A DNA stretch of 63,923 bases, the filler included, from Squatina squatina (taxonomy: Eukaryota), in NCBI GenBank assembly GCA_031763465.1. It is 3 parts of 3 records of this genome, joined end to end, with 100 filler letters (N's around TTAATTAATTAA, not from the genome) between each part and the next. Parts side by side here need not be neighbours in the genome. Positions count along the whole stretch, not along the records: positions 25,431 to 49,749 come from JARFOE010000057.1; 2 more parts are not named here. One strand, given 5' to 3'. Below, piece after piece: positions 25,431-37,700 of this stretch; positions within the stretch are counted from its first letter, which is position 1, and each line of letters starts with the position of its first letter. The position numbers and the translations under genes are program-made. Under the pieces are notes generated by a model, which was not told the DNA's origin, ran no database searches, and was given only the letters and a program-made list of their open reading frames with translations.

Positions 25431-26449
25431 GTGTAACGATTTGCAGCATTCTGAATCTCTAGTGGAAATGCAGTTTAGAAGAGCTAGTGGTTAAGGGAAC
25501 ATATCTCAATCAGTTGGGAGCTTTGACTTAACATTTGAAGCTGTCAAATCATCAGCTAATTCAATGACCACTGACCTCCCGCCTCAGATTCACAGACGAG
25601 GTCTGCACAGTGGTAAACCTGTGGGCGACATGTTAAATCCAAAAAGCTGGGGGAAAAAATGTTGATAAGTGGCTGTAAACAAGCTACTAATGATTTTAAT
25701 TGCCTCCCCGCAGCTGCGTGTTGTGTCTGCTCAGCGCTGACACTTTCAGCGCTTACAATTTTGTGATGCCAAATGCAAAGGACTTGAGAACTAGAAATAT
25801 CGAAGATTTTAAGAAGTGTGTGGAACCCAAGAATGAGGCCTCAAATCTATGGGTAGCCTGGTGCAGCTGGGTTAGCAACCGCAAATATAATGAGGGATGC
25901 AAGAAGACACCAAAAACATCCGAGAAAGGTGACCTTGGATTGCTGGGTTGGGAGGACTAAATATAGCACAGGATCTGTTTTCACTCAGTATAGGAGTCCA
26001 CATTTAAGCCAAGTATTACAGACAGAGAAAGCAGCAGACAGTAATCTCAAAACTTCTTTCCTTGTGTATGTGCCATTTAGTATTGTAGGTTGCAAGATAA
26101 TTGAATCAGGATGGGAAATGCTATAAAAATACAAAGAGGATCACAAGACTGAAAACCTAGCCAAGTAGCTTGTATTTTTTTCATGCTACTTCTCGCTACC
26201 AACTCTAATCATCCTCACTCATACATTACGGCTTTACAAGCAAAATTGCTTCAGAAAATAAACTGCATTATTAATTTCTGCTGGCATTTGATGTATAAAT
26301 AAGTGCAGTTATTACCATTTTAGAGTGATTTTATATGATGTTAAATGCAATGATTGACCTGCATCTTTAAGTTTGCTTTTACTTTATTCCCTAAGACCAG
26401 TTCACTCTGGTGAAGCCTGTACAAAACAACACAAGTCATTCATCAAGGA

Positions 26450-26620
26450 GCCCTAGTAAAATTGAAGTCAACGGGAATCAGGGAGAAAACTCTCCACTGG
26501 CAGGAGTCACACTGAGCGCAAAGGAAGATGGCTGTAGTGATTGGAGGTCATTCATCTCAGCCCCAGGACATTTCTGCAGGAGTTCCTCAGGGCAGTGTCC
26601 TCGGCCCAACCATATTCAGC
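26450..26620 (+). mobile_element. CR1-like LINE reverse transcriptase fragment
   Basis: MAVVIGGHSSQPQDISAGVPQGSVLGPTIFS contains the RT GVPQGSVLGP motif. Confidence 0.85.
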
Positions 26621-26720
26621 NNNNNNNNNNNNNNNNNNNNNNNNNNNNNNNNNNNNNNNNNNNNNNNNNNNNNNNNNNNNNNNNNNNNNNNNNNNNNNNN
26701 NNNNNNNNNNNNNNNNNNNN

Positions 26721-26797
26721 AGTCCACCTTCCCGCCTTCTCCCCATAACCCTTGATTCCCTTACTGATTAGAAATCTATCTATCTTGGACTTAAATA
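26721..26797 (-). mobile_element. CR1 LINE 3' fragment
   Basis: Minus translation FKSKIDRFLISKGIKGYGEKAGRW, the shark CR1 ORF2 terminus. Confidence 0.8.
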
Positions 26798-27636
26798 ATG
26801 GTGTATGTGGCATGCAACTCTAATTGCAAATTCAATTTAGGCATGCAACTCATTGGGAAGTTTGCTCAACAGTAGTAAAAGCAGTTCAAATTAATGTTGG
26901 TCCATACTGCTTTGTTGTTTTGAAGGTTAAATGCATCAGGTTTCTACTCCTAATCTTTGCATTTGTACCCTCAGCGTTGATGTCTTTCAAAGATTGAGCA
27001 AAATCATTGGAAGGTCATTGTAATTACTCTCTGGTCGATCTGGGTATGCCCTTCATCAAAAGAATGCCTCTGTAATTGCAAGCTGCGAATGCACCTCATG
27101 TCATTTCAGCCTTTAACTCCTTATTCGTAAACTGTAATACAGCCATGATTATAATCACTAATCTCTTCATATTTTTGAAAACATTAGCATACTTTTTAAA
27201 AAGATGATTACAAGTACACTCGAGTGTGCATTTATGTTATAAATTAATAATGACAGCAATTAAAATACACTCTCATGTTTAAAAAGAAACATTCTTGGAT
27301 TCATCATTGTCTTGTGATGTCTAGTAGCTAACTTGCTGGCAAGCCAATTCACAATGCTGAAAAGTTTGCACACAGGGTGAATCACATAATTTTCTGACAC
27401 GGCCTGCAAATTGTGCATGCACAAATCTGTAACAATCAGCCGGCCTTTAAGTCTTTGAATTTGCATTAAACGTATGATGTGCTCTGCGCTCCCACTCAAC
27501 AACGGCAAGAAACTAAAATAAAGCTGGATCCAGGAAGGAAAAGATCTTTGGCTCATGAGACAGAGGCTAATTTTATTCTGTACAACAGGAAACTCTAATG
27601 TTCGAAAAACAGCCCGTCAGAACCAAAACAGAGAGA

Positions 27637-28328
27637 GGGCTAGAAATTGGCCTTTTTTTTTAGCTCCGTTAGCGCCTCTGAGGGATGCTAATGGGACGAT
27701 AAATGATTTTCGCCCTGGGCGGGGGGCTGATCTCACCTCCCGGGAAATTGTCTGGGACGTCATGGAGGCGCTAGGCCCTTTGAGCCGTGTCATGCGGTTA
27801 CCGGTCCAGGCACATCCTTGACGTGCGTGCCAACCCCTCACTGCCCCGTGGCGACCACTTTGCGCCCCAGGGGTGAAATTAGCCTGTGCGACGCGAGGCC
27901 TACGGGAGGCGATGGCACCGACAGGCTCGCGGCTAGGCGCCCATGGCTCCCGTTTTTTTTTGTCGACGGCCCTCACCTCGACTGGGCTGCCATCCGCTAG
28001 CCCGGCATGCCGACTAGCGTGCCAGGCTCTTGGCCCAGTTCGAGGCATTCTGGGTAGCCCAGTGGCGGCCATCGGGGTAGTGCTGTGAAGCTCGGCGGCC
28101 CTCCCCTTTAAGGCAAGGGGCGGGGCCACCTGTGACATCAGCGGTCCGCTGACGTCATTAGCATCTCCCGTCAATGACCCAATACCACCCCAGAAGTAAG
28201 GCGGACAGCGCTCCGCCTCATTCCCAGGATGGTACGGCCGATACTGCACCTGGGGCGCAAGGTCCAGGGCTGGCGGTAACTGACATGGCCCCAGAGAGCT
28301 ACTGCCCTCGATAGCCAATTTCTACCCC
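27637..28328. mobile_element. GC-rich non-autonomous DNA transposon (MITE-like) with 15-bp TIRs
   Basis: Left end GGGCTAGAAATTGGC (27637-27651); right end GCCAATTTCTACCCC (28314-28328), a 14/15 match to the reverse complement. The composition changes abruptly at both ends. Confidence 0.75.
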
Positions 28329-28589
28329 TAAGTATGTTTAATAGGCCAACTACTGTAATGACTAGCTGTTTCTGGGTCACAAAAACGATTTTAAATGTCA
28401 TTATCATGGTCAGCTTTTCACGTCATTGGTCCTTGTTTGAATATTCATAAGATGCATATTTATTTAGGGAAAACATTTAAAGCACCGCTTTCAAAAGGTT
28501 CAGAAGGCAACAGTGCCTGTGAAGTGCGACTGTTTAACAACTGAGTCCTATCATTTGTTTATTTTGATTAATTAAATAGATGAGATAGA

Positions 28590-28765
28590 ACATCATCATC
28601 ATCTTCTTCTTAGGCAGTCCCTCTGGTTCGAGGATGACTTGCCTACACTCCGGAGTTTTGGGTTCTGAGGTGGCTAAATAGTCCAATGCGGGAGCCGCAG
28701 ACGTGGCCGCAGGTGGGGCAGCTGATACTTGGAGACGAGTGGCAGGGGTGAACGTGTCGCTGCGC
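28590..28765 (-). mobile_element. Probable RTE-clade LINE 3' end with (AAG)/(ATG) microsatellite tail
   Basis: Plus strand catcatcatcatcttcttcttaggcagtccctc..cgaggatgacttgc resembles the reversed 3' end of fish/shark RTE elements (from memory). Confidence 0.55.
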
Positions 28766-31700
28766 NNNNNNNNNNNNNNNNNNNNNNNNNNNNNNNNNNN
28801 NNNNNNNNNNNNNNNNNNNNNNNNNNNNNNNNNNNNNNNNNNNNNNNNNNNNNNNNNNNNNNNNNTTTTATCAGCCTATGTTTTTCAAATTGGAGAGTTT
28901 GTCTGGAACCCTTGAAGAGCCAGTCTGGCCAGACAAGATACCACTTATACCATCATTCAGCACAACAATTAGACAATTATAAATAATTTGCATGGTGCAG
29001 CTGGTTAGCTGAGCGTAACAACTCTAAAATTATATGCTGTATTGTCACTGCCATTTTCTTGTTCTTTTGCTGTTTAATACATTTGATTGGCAGTCAAAAC
29101 CCCACTGTAGTGTTCATCTACCACCTTCCAAAGACCTGCGTGAGACCACAGGACAAAGCTAACAGCTTAAATGAACTGAAGGGTGAAGCTATTCATTCCC
29201 TGGGTAGGCCACACATTTATCTAGATAGCTGGAAAAGTGAAAACACATTCTCTGGCACAGCGAGCTTGGGCTCATCTATAATAGCTGGAAAAATGAAATG
29301 CCAAAATCATCTTTGAGGAGTAAAGCTGAGCAGAATGCAAGCTTTTTGCATTTGGCAACATCGCGGGNNNNNNNNNNTGAAAAATAAGAGTTTGATGAGC
29401 ACGGAAGGGTAAACTGGGTCTTTGATGTATTATAGTGAGATTTGTAATTATGTTCGTTTCTGAGAATTTAAATTTGTAAAGTAGCATTATGCTGGTAGAT
29501 TTGATTTTAATGCCACAATCCCTTATCAAGTGCTAAATAAGCTTTAAAAAATGCCAGCCATATTGGATTACTAATTTGAACACCAAAGATTTCAGATAAT
29601 AAATCTGTAGCATTTTATATTCAAAGGAACGGCTCAATAGGAGGCTTCATTGACGTTTCCATACTTTTCTATCAATTTCAGATCCATGCACCATTTGCGA
29701 CTTTTGCAGTGGAACACAAGACACCAGCATCTGGATGGGGACTACAGCATAAAACTAATGGGGCATGTTTTCTTGTTATAGGTGAGTTGATGGCTAACAC
29801 TGCAGAAATTGTGGCAAATGGGTTAGCGTGAATGATATATAGATGTTCTACTTGTACAAAACAAGGAAATCTGGAAAGGTGTGCATCGCAAGATATTTTC
29901 CATTTCACCTTTTTAATGTGTGATTAATTTGAAATAGTCATGCACAATTTGCAAAACATGTTGAAGCACAAAGCATTAGCTTTGTTGTGTAATTGGCCTA
30001 TTACAAGTAATCACTTAAACAACTTCATAAAATTACACCAAGTAAACAGTTATGGGTACAATCTGCAATACACTGACGCAAGATTGCATTTGTAAAAATT
30101 GTTAGTTAAGTATAACTAGGTTATTTATGGCAAATGAACGTGCAGATTACTGAAGCCGACTAAATCAGCAAATAACTGGATAAGATGTTAAGCTAAAAAT
30201 TCACAGAAGCAGAATAAATAATTATGAATACGAGTATTCTATGCAATTAAATACTTGCACCAAGTGTAAGGAACTTAGTTATAAAAATGTGCGTATAGCA
30301 TGAGGTCGCTGGTTACTTCTGACAGGATTCAAGGTTGGTGAAACTACAAATGTAATTTTAATTGGTAATTTCCAAGTGGAAGGGGAAATGAAGAATCTTG
30401 AGGTTGCTCTTTGCTGTTACTTGTAAGGATGGCCGAGCATGCAATTTATGATTGGGTTACTCAGTATGTTACAGTACCAATCTGTGGTGGCTCAAAGTAT
30501 CAGCTATTTAATTCTGCTGCTGCCCTGGAGATGAATGTCCCTTGAATTGACCAAGTGAAAGCACAAGGTTCAGGCAGAATGATTTTTCAGCATAAAAGTT
30601 AAATCCAATATAGTAAAAGGAACAAATTTAGTTCTGTTGTAGCTGTGTTTTTTTTGCTGAGAGGATGATTTCTGGAAGTGGAATTAATATTTTTTTTTCC
30701 TTTAGGTGCAAATAGCTTGGATTGAATTTAATTAACACCCCAAGCAATGTTTGGAACACAGTCTCCAGAGACTCCCAAACTGTGAATTCAGTTTCTCACA
30801 AAGCCACCTAATCCTTTGGAAATTCAAAGTATATGTAATGTGAAGCTGAAAGTTGAGACAACATTTATATTTTAATATTGCATTTCATTTCTTACCATGT
30901 TCTTTTTATTTCCCATATGTTCATTCTGTCTCTGCTGTTATGTGCTACTGCTACTTATTTTTCATTCCCCTTAAACACAATAGTGAGCTTATTTATTTCT
31001 CGAACCACTGATTCCCTTTGTTTTTTTAATCATTTCCACAGCATTTATTTTCAATGATGTGCTGAATGATTTGCATGTCTCTCTTTGAGAGTCACAATGT
31101 TTATGGTACCCTTAGGCACTGGGAACTAATACTGAGTTGTGCCTTACTTTCTTTATAGAGAATATTCATAATACATAAGACTTTGATTTCATATTATTAT
31201 TTATAGTTAAATAAAAATACATTTGGCTCACTTGGGAAGTAGAGTTGTTTGGAGCTCGGGAGTTTCTCTGTGGTACTGGATGAGGAGCGAGGAAATGCAA
31301 CACTGAGAGAGTAAAGCACCTCAATTGGTGGGAGGATGTAATTACAAAATGACAAGTTTACATCGGCAACTTCCATTATAAATGTAGACATCACAACTTA
31401 TAATGGAAACATTTGACATAAATGTGCAACAAAATGAAGTAAGGTGTTGTATACGGGAATTGCATGCAGACATCATTTTTTAATATAATGTAGGTGGATT
31501 ATTGGAGCATACAAAGATACCTGGTACAACACTGTGTACCCACGTATGTGTGTGTGTGTTGTAGAATTGTGCCCAAATTGAGACCTTTTGGACAATAAAC
31601 TGGGCCTCAAAACGGAGTCTTGAAAAACAAAATGGNNNNNNNNNNNNNNNNNNNNNNNNNNNNNNNNNNNNNNNNNNNNNNNNNNNNNNNNNNNNNNNNN

Positions 31701-32689
31701 NNNNNNNNNNNNNNNNNNNNNNNNNNNNNNNNNNNAACAAGAAAATAATAGTACTCAGTGCCAACAGTATGCTTACAGTAATTACAAACTATTCCCCTTG
31801 AACTGTCAAAAACGACTGTCTTCTGTGCTGACCCTCAATATAAAATTAACCCTTGATCTGTGATTGCTTATACCTCCTTACTTATTACACAGTATCCAGC
31901 CTCTGCCTTGCTCTTGTAGCCACACTGTTGATGCATTGGTCCATAGAGACCCCCCAAGATGTTGATGGGGGAACCTGGCAATGAAGGGGTCATTATCCAG
32001 AAAGCTATAAGGGACATTGCTGGGGTAGAATGTGACTCTGCATTTCACAGATGTTAGCACATTAAACTGCCTTACATTGCACTAGAACAACCTACATATT
32101 AATGCCGATGAAATGACCTGTGTGTAGGCTTTCACATAAATTCTCTGTAAATCAATGAATAAGCTTACAGCACATAATTTTAACTGTGTTCACTGTGACC
32201 AGATAGAATCCAATAAATAATCAATCACAGACAAACTGCTTCACTTTTGGCACAGTATCCTATTGTCAATCTCACCCCCCCCCACCCTTTTAGGCATCCT
32301 TTAACCCTGTAAGGATGCAATGTTAATCAATGTTGGAGTGTTTTGCCACTTCTTTCTAAAATGAAAGGTGAAACACCGCCTGAACAAAGCGGCGGAGAAA
32401 TAAATCCTGTTAAAGCACTCAGAACATTAAATGGAAGAGAGTGTGACTATTAGTAAATTATAAAAAAAAATCTGTTAATCAATTTTCATATTTTCCATTG
32501 TAATAACTTTAATGGGGAACCAAGATGGTATGTTTCAGTTGCTTACACATTACTGCCCTCTTCCTATTATTCCAACCATGTTCTATAGTGTTGGTGATCT
32601 GGATTCCTATGTTGGAAATGGACTGAGAAACAACTTGTGGCTGAGGAAAGGGAAGATCTGTCATGTGGGAGCTTTTACTGTGCATTGAA

Positions 32690-33025
32690 GCTGTCAAGTA
32701 ATCAGCTGGACCAGTGGCCACTGAACTCCCGCCTCAGGTTAACAGCCGTGGTCCCCAAACAGCGTGGTTCCCATGGCCCTGAAGTTAAAATGAAAAGGTA
32801 AGTTAAAAACGCCTGTTAATTATCTGCCAACTAGAAGTTAATGAGTTTAATTGGGTCGCCTGCCGCTGCCTGTTGGGTCTGCTCAGCACTCACAGACCCA
32901 ACATTGGGAAAGGCGCGTTGCAGCGGGTTGGCAGCGGGGTCCTTACCCGCAGTCAAAATAAAAATCACATTTCCTACCCAACCCGCCACCGATCCCACCC
33001 GTTGACCCCCCAGAAATTTCCGCCT
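32690..33025. mobile_element. MITE-like dispersed repeat with internal hairpins
   Basis: Left part is similar to 25550-25615. It contains inverted repeats and ends in aaatttccgcc, like other TIR ends in the window. Confidence 0.5.
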
Positions 33026-33239
33026 ACCGTTTCCACATATTAGTTTGAATTTATTTCCCCTCAAGTGAAGGCTGCCTCCTCTGGTTCTATTGTTCTGGAC
33101 AAGGTGAAAGAGCTCGTCATGGTCTACAATATGTAGTTCTTTCAGAATCCTACAATAGCAACATCATTACTGAACCTTCTTTTCCAATGAAGGTTCCAAT
33201 TTATGTAATCGCTCATCCTAATCCAATTCCTCCATAAAT

Positions 33240-33316
33240 AGAATCATAGAATTATAGAATGATCTAGCATAGGATTCCATTTGGCCCACCGTGCCTGTGC
33301 TGGCTCTTTGAAAGAG
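33240..33316 (-). mobile_element. CR1-type 3' tail
   Basis: agaatcatagaattatagaatg..agcataggattccatttggcccaccgtgcctgtgctggctctttgaaagag. Confidence 0.7.
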
Positions 33317-33416
33317 NNNNNNNNNNNNNNNNNNNNNNNNNNNNNNNNNNNNNNNNNNNNNNNNNNNNNNNNNNNNNNNNNNNNNNNNNNNNNNNNNNNN
33401 NNNNNNNNNNNNNNNN

Positions 33417-33527
33417 TGAATGAATGAATGATGAATGAATGAAGAATTAATGAATGATGGATGAATGAATGATTAATGAATTATGAATGAATGATGCATG
33501 ATGAATGAATGATGAATGCATGATGAT
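33417..33527. repeat. Imperfect (TGAA)n/(TGA)n microsatellite
   Basis: tgaatgaatgaatgatgaatgaat... directly visible. Confidence 0.9.
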
Positions 33528-34484
33528 ATTAAACTCACACTCATGAAATTACATGACCTCTACAACTGCAGTCTCAACTACGTAGCTAACCTTGTTAGCA
33601 ACCAGCGAATGACGTTAATGTGCAGGATGCACTGAAATAAGTGAGTATCCATTTGAAATTTAAACTTCATAGTAGGACTAGCTCCTAGAAATACTCAGCT
33701 GACCATTAAAACAAAAGATGAGCTAGTTTAATGTCAACTGCTTGGATACAAATGACAGCTGAGGAGCGATAGGAAGCCATTCCAAAGCTTTTTTTTGTTC
33801 CTTGTTAATTCAAGGCCTGCAGGCTGAATTCAAAGAAAACAGCAGGAGTTTAAACTCTGAAGCAACCAGCCATAAATATCCGAATGCATTACTTTGAAAT
33901 AATCACGTTGCCCCCAGCATTCTAAAAATGATTTGGCTCAAAGTAGCAGTTATTAGAGTTGCATTTATACAATATTAGATGAATTTACTAAGCATATAGA
34001 AAACTGTCAAAGTTCGACCAGACAGCTGCTAATAAATCATACATTTTGACCACCCTAACAGGATTCTACACAATGCATTTCTCCCAGTGAACGATAGCTC
34101 AGTGTCCTTACATGCAGTATTACTGTTAATGAATGGGACTCCTAGTCGATAATAGAAGTTGGCAGATAATCAAAAGGTGCACAAAATCTTGGTCTTACGC
34201 ATACTGTACAATACTCCAGGACCATAAATGTAGCCAAATGCAATAAAAATAACTAAAAAAAAAAGCGATGCTGTTTTATTCAAGAAAAAAAAAGAGCAGA
34301 AATAAAAACAACAAAAGAGCTCTCTAATGTGGTGATGTTACAGGCACAATAAAAGAGGCGAGTTCACAATTCAGTTCTCCTTGAAAAATTTGTTATCTGA
34401 ACATATATGTTCTCACTGGCAAGTTTCTTCTGCATTCCTTGTAATTAGGGAGAAAGGCTTGGAATTCCCACAATACAAGTTAGG

Positions 34485-34731
34485 TACTCTGAGAGTAAGC
34501 TTGCAGGGAACATAAAAACTGACTGTAAAAGCTTCAGTAGATATGTGAAGAGAAAAAGGTTGGTGAAGACAAATGTAGGTCCCTTACAGTCAGAAACAGG
34601 GTAATTTATAATGGGGAACAAAGAAATGGCAAACCAATTGAACAAATACTTTGATTCTGTTTTCACAAAGGAGGACACAAATAACCTCCCAGAAATGGTA
34701 GGGAACCTTGGGTCCAGTGAGAGGGAGGAAC
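34485..34731 (+). mobile_element. CR1 LINE ORF2 middle fragment
   Basis: KLAGNIKTDCKSFSRYVKRKRLVKTNVGPL...MGNKEMANQLNKYFDSVFTKED. Confidence 0.85.
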
Positions 34732-37700
34732 NNNNNNNNNNNNNNNNNNNNNNNNNNNNNNNNNNNNNNNNNNNNNNNNNNNNNNNNNNNNNNNNNNNNN
34801 NNNNNNNNNNNNNNNNNNNNNNNNNNNNNNNATAAGAATGCTACCTGAATAGTGGAGTAATAGGGTAATTCAAAAATCACAATACTTTAATCTCTGTGAC
34901 TTAGTTTCAACTGGAAATACTGGAACTAAGAGACTTTAAAGTTTATATTGATTTTATCGTTGCTGATGAAGTAGTGTTCTTTTTTAAAAGTTAATCTTCT
35001 TTTGAGGAGGGTGATATATTGATATTGGTATAAATTTGTATCCCGAGCCAAGTGCAGAAAATTCCCTGCAACCTGGAGGTGCTTATAAGATTGGCAGTTG
35101 CACATAGCTAGCTGAAATTGGCTGATCAATAAACAGCCCCTTTTTAAGCTCTGAAGTCTTTTTCTCATTTGTTATCGATTGAACTTAATAACAAATGCAG
35201 TCATGTTGTTCAGGTTGGAGATGGAGCGGTAGAGTTGAATGTTGTCAGCAGAAAACATGGAAGCTGGCCCTCTTGACAATGGCAACTGTGGCGAAAGGGC
35301 AAATGAGGGAAAGGCGCTAGCCAAAAATAGCCACTGGGGATACTACATAGGTGACTATGTGGTGGCCTTTGGTAGAAATCTGCTCATTACANNNNNNNNN
35401 NNNNNNNNNNNNNNNNNNNNNNNNNNNNNNNNNNNNNNNNNNNNNNNNNNNNNNNNNNNNNNNNNNNNNNNNNNNNNNNNNNNNNNNNNNNTAGGCCACC
35501 CTTCGTTTATCTCTATTTGATTTTTAATTCCGTCATGAGATTATCCCTAACACAAGGTTTTATTACAAATTTATATTCTGCATGCAGGCTTTCCTCACAA
35601 CTTATCACAAACGTTATTTCTTTTGAAATTAAATCTAAATTTATTGAGCTCAAACGGTTTCTGAAGATCTTTTTGATACAGTCCTGACATGGTTTGGGTA
35701 CTAAAAGAGAAAAACAATTACTAAGCTCGTCAGTAGATGGCAGTCTTAACTGACAGTTTTGTGTAGCCATGATTATCTTTTTTGGAATGTTATCCTGTTT
35801 TCTTTTTCCTCTTGGTTTAAATAGTATCAGTACGTACAATGTCAACAGAAATCTAACAATAATAGGTATTGATTACAATACTGGATGATTGGGATTTAAA
35901 TGGGAGCATGTATGTGTGTATAAAAATATAAGCCGGGTTAGCCAAAGTTCTTTCAGGGTCTATAGACCATATTTTAGTCTGTGACCTGTTATGTCATCTT
36001 GAAAATATCCATGAGGCCTAGCAGCAGAATCAGAACCCAACATGGATGGTTTTAGACTCTGCTCAAAAACCTGAATTGTTTGGATTTGGATTATTTCTGT
36101 TTTGTTTATGGGCTAATTTCTTTGTTGTTCAAAATGTTTTCGGATTTCTTCATGGACGCCAGCAGTTTAAAATAAAATCAATATTCCTCTTTGCATAGTC
36201 TGGTGCTCAGCTCTGGATGTTCCAACTGACTGACTACATTATTTACACAGGGTCAGGGAGCATTCATTGAACATAGTAAATACTTGTTATTGTTTCTGTC
36301 ACTAGGCAATTCAGCAAAACTCCTATGTGGTCTGAATGGTTTTTGAACTGAAGCCAAGATGGCTGGAGAAAGAAGGCTTAAAGTACATCTCCTTCCAAAT
36401 ATGGTGGACAGATATCTTGGATCTGACATGGGGATAAAGGCCCTTTGTTTGAAAAGCTGCGTTTTCAAAACTGTGAAACCTTAGGAACCAGTGGAAACAG
36501 CAGGTAGCAACTTTCAAAAAGATCTTTTAAAGTGATGTTTAATTCTAAATTAAAACTCTATTTATCCTGTACAATCCTCAAATCAAACTTGTCTGACCTA
36601 GTTTTCTTTTCAGATTTAAGGTTTTCTTCTACTTTCTGAGTTTGTTTCTCTTTTTGCTGATGAAGTAGTTTTGATATTCCAGCTTAATAATGCCGTTGAG
36701 CCCTNNNNNNNNNNTCCAGGAAACAGTTAGTCATATTTTCCCACCATCAACTATTCTGCTGAAGCTGGAAGGATCAGGCAGTCTGTGCTTCTTTGTAGTT
36801 GCTGCTGATTTGGATATATGATTGGCCAGCAAGGAGCGCAGCTCAAGGAGAAGAAATTGGCTAATGCTTTCTTTTCCATTTTGCTCCTCTTCCCACATTT
36901 CAGTCTCATTTGGTACTGTGCTAGTGCTCAGCCAGGAACAGACAGATTCCAGAAAGCTTAACTAAAGGAGATAGAGTAGTAGACAGCTCTGGCTTTAGTT
37001 CATGACCTTGTAGTTCAGCGTCAACCACCCCTACCATTTGAGTAATTGCTTACTCTTTCCTCATCTCCCTTACTTGGAATCTATCCAACTACACAATGAA
37101 AGATTAAGATCAGTATGCCTGGAATTTCTGTTTTAATGTATATTTATTGTTAAGCACATCACCAGATGCTTCTTACACTATATTTTTGTATGTTGAGCTC
37201 AAGTGAAAAATTAAAGCTCTGTCGGCTGAAAAATATTAAAACCCTCAATAATGGCTATATTTTATTAATGACTGCTCAGTTAATAATTCTGATTAATTAA
37301 GTCTTTGGATTCGGTCAACATAAAACCCAAGTTGTTTTTTGAAAACAGCACACAAGTCAGAAGAGCCTCCCCAAACCACAGTAAAACTCACTTAGAAACA
37401 CCCTCTCTTAGACCTTCAAAGAACTTCGAGCACCAGATCATTGAGAATCATAAAAAAAATAGGAAAACTAGCAGATGCTAAACCCAACACCTATGTGTCC
37501 CAATAGTGCCACATACTGGTGCGCCAATGTGCTATGCTGCAGAGGGGTTGGCACATGATTTCTTACCCATTTTCCCCCGTATGGTGATTCCTCCAATTCA
37601 ACGGAGCCACTGGCAGAGATGTTGAGTGGATGTTCTGTGATGGCAGGGAGGGAAAATTGATGGGAGATTCGTCTAAATTAATTCTTGGGGATTTCCCAGC

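Noticed and set aside
27617-28318. 233-aa minus-strand ORF
   Set aside because: Coincides with the GC-rich TIR element; low-complexity Ala/Gly/Pro/Arg composition and no transposase motif.
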